Source of the DNA: Octopus bimaculoides
Taxonomy: Eukaryota
Assembly: GCF_001194135.2 (NCBI RefSeq)
Contig: NC_068981.1
Location: 30,390,639 to 30,441,657 of the forward strand
Length of the DNA: 51,019 nucleotides
Reading direction: 5' to 3'
Shown here in pieces: positions 48,778-51,019 of the stretch (positions are counted from its first letter, which is position 1; every line of letters begins with the position of its first letter). The translations under genes and the position numbers were made by a program. Under the pieces are notes generated by a model. The model searched no databases and had not been told where the DNA came from. It was given only the letters and a program-made list of their open reading frames with translations.

Positions 48778-49226
48778 TGCAAGCATGGATGTGTGGTTAA
48801 AAAGTCCCCTTCTAAACCACGTGGTTTCGTGTTCAGCCCTACAGAGTGGCACCTTGAGGAAGTGTCTTCTACTATAGCCCCAGACTAACCAATGCCTTGT
48901 GAAAGGTTTGGTAGACGAAAACAGGAAGCCTGTCGTGCATATATATATATATGCACACACACACACGCACATATATATAGGTGTATGTGTGTGAGTGTGT
49001 GCGTGAATATATGCATGTATGTGTGTGTAAGCGTGCCTTTGTGTTAGTCTTCACGCCACTTGATAACCTGCGCTGGTTTGCTTATGTCTCAGTAACTTAG
49101 TGGTTCGGTAAAATAGGCCGATAACTAAGTACCAAACTGAAAAAAGAAAATAAGTAACAAGTTTCATTTGATCGATTAAAACCTTAATGATAATGTCAGA
49201 GCATTGCCGCAGTCCACTTAGTGAAA
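48778..49226 (+). mobile_element. SINE family A, older diverged copy
   Basis: gtgtggttaaaaag...ggcaccttgaggaagtgtcttctactatagcc...gccttgtgaaaggtttggtagacg, internal microsatellite, gtaacttagtggttcggtaaaa. Confidence 0.8.
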
Positions 49227-49803
49227 TATATAAAAGAATATACGCTTAACATTAAATATATATTCACATTTAGCCAAAGCAAAACGGGTGGAGAAAAAGG
49301 AGATATGAAAAGTACACTAAATGCGAGTACTCGAGTAAATTCTTTTACCCTTCAAATTAAAAATAAAACGAAATATAAAGCAAAACAAATGATACAAAAT
49401 AAAATAAGATATAACAGTGATGCAGATTCACGCCTGAACGATATCACCAGAAATTATTGAAGCAAAGCAATTAGTTAGAAAGACATTAAAAGAGAACTGT
49501 GTTAACTTGAGCTAAATTTTCTCGCTTAGTTGAAATATCTACGTATATACAATAGATTTTTTTTGTTCCTTTTAAATCAGAGACGTCATTACAAGTGAAG
49601 TTGTTCTGTTCGCTCTGTAGTAAAATCGCGAGATTCTAGCAACTCTTCATCCAACTATTTACACGTCGTCCTTTCTCTAATTAGCATTGTTAACTAGTCG
49701 ACACAGATAAAAGAAAGAAAACCATATACACAACACACATATACACACACTTATATGTATGTGGAGACACACACACACACACACACACACACACGTATAT
49801 GCC

Positions 49804-49850
<47 letters not shown>

Positions 49851-50169
49851 TTAGATAGATACGTGTGTGTATGAAGATATATATTATTGTTGAACGCAGA
49901 CGACAGTAAATTTCGACGCATAATAATGAAGGTAGACATCTTGTCCTGTTCAGATATTTCGCCTGAAGCAACCATTCTTCTCTGGAACTAAGTGGTTAAA
50001 TTACTAAAGTATCGGATTCCAATTAACAATACTTTGGAAGTAATCGACAGAACGGCGGTACTATGGCAGCCCTGAGGGGAGAATTCCTTGTTCACTTAGG
50101 AATGAAAGCCTGAAACGCACACCCACACACACATACACACAAATACTAACATATATAGCACTTACACAA

Positions 50170-50219
50170 GTTTACATAGATACGGATGATATACATACAT
50201 ACACATACATATACGTACA

Positions 50220-50254
<35 letters not shown>

Positions 50255-50285
50255 GCTTATATGCATATATATGTATATATGTATG

Positions 50286-50322
<37 letters not shown>

Positions 50323-50375
50323 CTATCTATGTATATATATATATCTATGTAGATATATATATCTATGTACATGTA

Positions 50376-50433
<58 letters not shown>

Positions 50434-50470
50434 CCTACCTATCTATCCATCCATCTATCTATCTATCTTT
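50170..50470. repeat. (TACA)n/(TA)n/(TATC)n compound microsatellite
   Basis: Directly visible. Confidence 0.95.
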
Positions 50471-51019
50471 AGGTACCCGCACACTAGCACACAAATATAT
50501 ACACGTAGAGAAATATATATACACACATACATATACACTCATACCCATATGTATATATGAAAGCATAAATTTTGTGTTTATCATTGTGGATGTATAATGA
50601 CGTATGCGGCATAATTAGAAAGTACAGAATATCACAAAGAAACGCGTTTAGTTAGTATCAATCAATACTTATATTATATTTAATATACCTATATACATAG
50701 ATTCTAATAGTTTAATCGAATTCCAGCACACAAATCTTCTTTTCAGATATTATATATATAACTGAAAATTCCATTCTATTTGATGGTTATTTCTACATAC
50801 TTTTTCCCCATTTTCTCCAACCCAGATTCCAAATATGAAAACATGAATTCGGTTTTCGTCGGGGGCGTTTGAGTGGGGGAATCGATTTTTTAAATCATAT
50901 ACACACACATATACATATACATAAACACATACATACACACGCACACATATACTTACATACACTCATACACACACAAACACACATATATATGCATATATAT
51001 ATATATATATATATATATA

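Noticed and set aside
49948-49990. Second hammerhead-like motif on the minus strand (gttcca-gagaaga...cgaaa-ta-tc-tgaac)
   Set aside because: The core has two substitutions (C3, U4) and stem II cannot form; at most a decayed remnant.

Overview
51-kb, AT-rich eukaryotic window with about an eighth of its bases in N gaps and dense microsatellites. The repeat repertoire points to an octopus (coleoid cephalopod) short-read draft assembly (inference). No host protein-coding gene, rRNA or true tRNA can be supported, and nearly all long ORFs in the track are microsatellite or N artefacts. The window is a transposon landscape. Retroelements: a Tx1/L1-like LINE (zinc-knuckle ORF1, ORF2 C-terminus, 3' UTR; 1638-4262), three R4/Dong-clade LINE remnants (1-376 with an open RT frame, 24350-26560, 37400-39130), an RTE LINE 3' end and at least five tRNA-headed SINE families. 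DNA elements: an internally deleted mariner, Tc1/mariner-, pogo- and piggyBac-type MITEs, and a non-autonomous Helitron. Most notable: (i) a tRNA-headed SINE carrying a minimal Penelope-type hammerhead ribozyme fold (46325-46368); (ii) a SINE family whose 3' stem-loop tail matches the 3' end of the Tx1-like LINE; (iii) a SINE-dimer insertion that appears to have captured 108 bp of DNA from 1 kb upstream inside one target-site duplication; (iv) a diverged non-coding duplication with perfectly conserved blocks; (v) several closely spaced inverted SINE pairs.
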